A DNA stretch of 64,000 nt, taken from contig QPGO01000036.1 in the NCBI GenBank assembly GCA_008632985.1, positions 520,182-584,181 of the forward strand, read 5' to 3'. The notes beneath the pieces are model-generated. The model was not told where the DNA came from. It ran no database searches and saw only the letters and a program-made list of their open reading frames with translations. Shown in pieces: positions 62,240-64,000 of the stretch. The position numbers and the translations under genes were made by a program. The DNA comes from Psammoneis japonica (lineage: Eukaryota). Positions within the stretch are counted from its first letter, which is position 1, and each line of letters begins with the position of its first letter.

Positions 62240-64000
62240 TGATGGCACTTCTTCATGGAGCGGGCGGGCGCCAGGGGCTGCAGAGCTTCTCTGCCGACTG
62301 GGCATCTTGTGCAGGAAACCAAGGGACATCACCATCATAGGATCTTGGGGCCAATGTCACAATGGCCTGTTGAAAGTGAGCGTGTGCCAAGTCTTTCCCC
62401 ATTGACAGATGAAGATTGTCGAGCGGGGTGAGCAACATGGGGGCAGCTGCAGAGGCATTCACACAACTCAAGAGCTTGCTGTCACAGGACCAGACAACCC
62501 ACTCCAGCCAAAGGCAGGGCTCCATGTGATGTGGTCCCACAGATTCCATGTGCAAGCTCTGCAGCTTGCAGCCCAGTCAATGGATGCATTCATCATTTTT
62601 GACACACTCAAGTGAAGAACAACCAACAAGGCACCACTTCACAGCTCACAGATGTTGAAGAGTGGCTTTGCATGCAAAAATGTGCCAAAAGTTGTTGAGT
62701 GGACAGCCCAACAACTGTGCTGCAAGGTGGCACAAAATTCCACCAAAGTCAAGCAGAAATGCAAGTACACGACATGTGGCACATGCTGATGGGGCAAAAA
62801 AAAACACCAACATGTCACAGACCAGCAGCACAGGCCATCCCACCCAGAGCTGGAGCTTGTTGAAAATGAAGCCAAGAGATGGAGGGCATTTTTGTTGAGC
62901 CACTGTTGTTGCAGTGAGAAAGTTTGGATGAGGGTTCTTGCACACTGTCAACAACATGTGGAAAGGTCAATGGACACTTCTTGTGATGGTTTTCAAGTGG
63001 ACGTGGTGCTGCTGTGGTCAGTGCACAAAAGAGCCAGAGCTGATTGCTCTGTTTGGGTTTGCCCATGTGTCTTGCAAGCTGTGCAGCAGGCACCATGGGT
63101 TTGTGTGAGTGCATCTTGCCATCATTTTTTCTCAAGTTTTAGTGCAAAAATGTGCGGTGGAGTGCATTGACTCCCATGGCAATGACAGCTCTTGCACTCT
63201 TTGTGCACGCAGAACCCGCCACATGGCACATGGCAAGCACCAATTCCATCTGAAGTGGCAGGTTGAAAATTCACAAAACCATGCCAACTTCAATGAAAGC
63301 CACTGTTAAGTTGGCTGATGCATGATGGAATTGGCATGTCAGCAGTGCTGTCAAAAAAGCAGCAAGAAAAGTCCAACATGACAGAGAGCTGGTGTGTGTC
63401 ACTCACTCAACTTGTGCACCAATCTCTTTCTTCTCTGGCCAATCCTCTCCATCATCTCATGTGCTGGGGGGTGCATTCCAGACACAGGTGGGAATCAATC
63501 TGTGTGACATTGGGCCAGCAGAATTCCATGTGCAAGCTCTGCAGCAAAATTGTTGGGCAATGAATGTGTCAACGACAGACCATTTTGCATGGAAGAAGGC
63601 CAGACAAAGTGGGGTGCGTGGAAGATTTTGGCCTCAAACTGCACCACGGGGACACAAAGCCACAAAGGACAGAACATTTGCATTGTCATGGGAGTTCATA
63701 GTTTGCCACACCCCTGCTGCCATGTGGAAGGTTCAACAACTTTCTCAAGAGAAGCCACGAGCTTGGTCTTCAAGGAAAAGTGACTGGCTTTGACGTTGCC
63801 AGACTTTTGCACATGTGTGCCCGACAACGCATGCATGCATGCACAAATGGAGACTGCGGCCCTTTGTTGCAGGACTTTTCTTTGACATTGAATTGTCTCA
63901 CCAGAATGTGTGGTCTTGGTGATGAGCTCTTTGTGGCTTTCAATGGAAGAGACTCTGAATGGAAGAGGCACGAACGTGCCACAAGAGACAATGCCAACTC
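62240..64000. repeat. Decayed TpA/CpG-depleted block running off the window end
   Basis: About 5 TA in 1.75 kb. Confidence 0.55.

Overview
Eukaryotic genomic DNA, very probably from a diatom (short GT-AG introns, a DUF6824 protein, a diatom-type delta-12 desaturase, a CoDi-like Copia gag). Gene islands of ordinary composition alternate with repeat blocks. The genes include a secreted flavin amine oxidase, a secreted beta-propeller/GPI protein, FAD2, a CGFS glutaredoxin, an IQ-like protein, a DUF6824 protein, a tweety-like membrane protein and a large ATXR3/SDG2-type SET protein. The repeat blocks contain a nested CRE-like LINE > Gypsy > non-autonomous Copia stack with resolved LTRs and TSDs, a PIF/Harbinger-superfamily transposon inserted in a ~190-bp satellite, and several unclassified decayed blocks. 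The main observation is that the transposon and satellite blocks are almost devoid of TpA, while adjacent genes are not. Conserved Tyr codons read as Cys or His. LTR pairs, TIRs, a TSD and tandem-repeat units show TA, TG and CA at homologous sites. This points to a post-insertion, repeat-targeted TpA->TpG/CpA (A:T->G:C) hypermutation, opposite in direction to fungal RIP and superimposed on CpG decay. Counts are by eye and no database searches were run.
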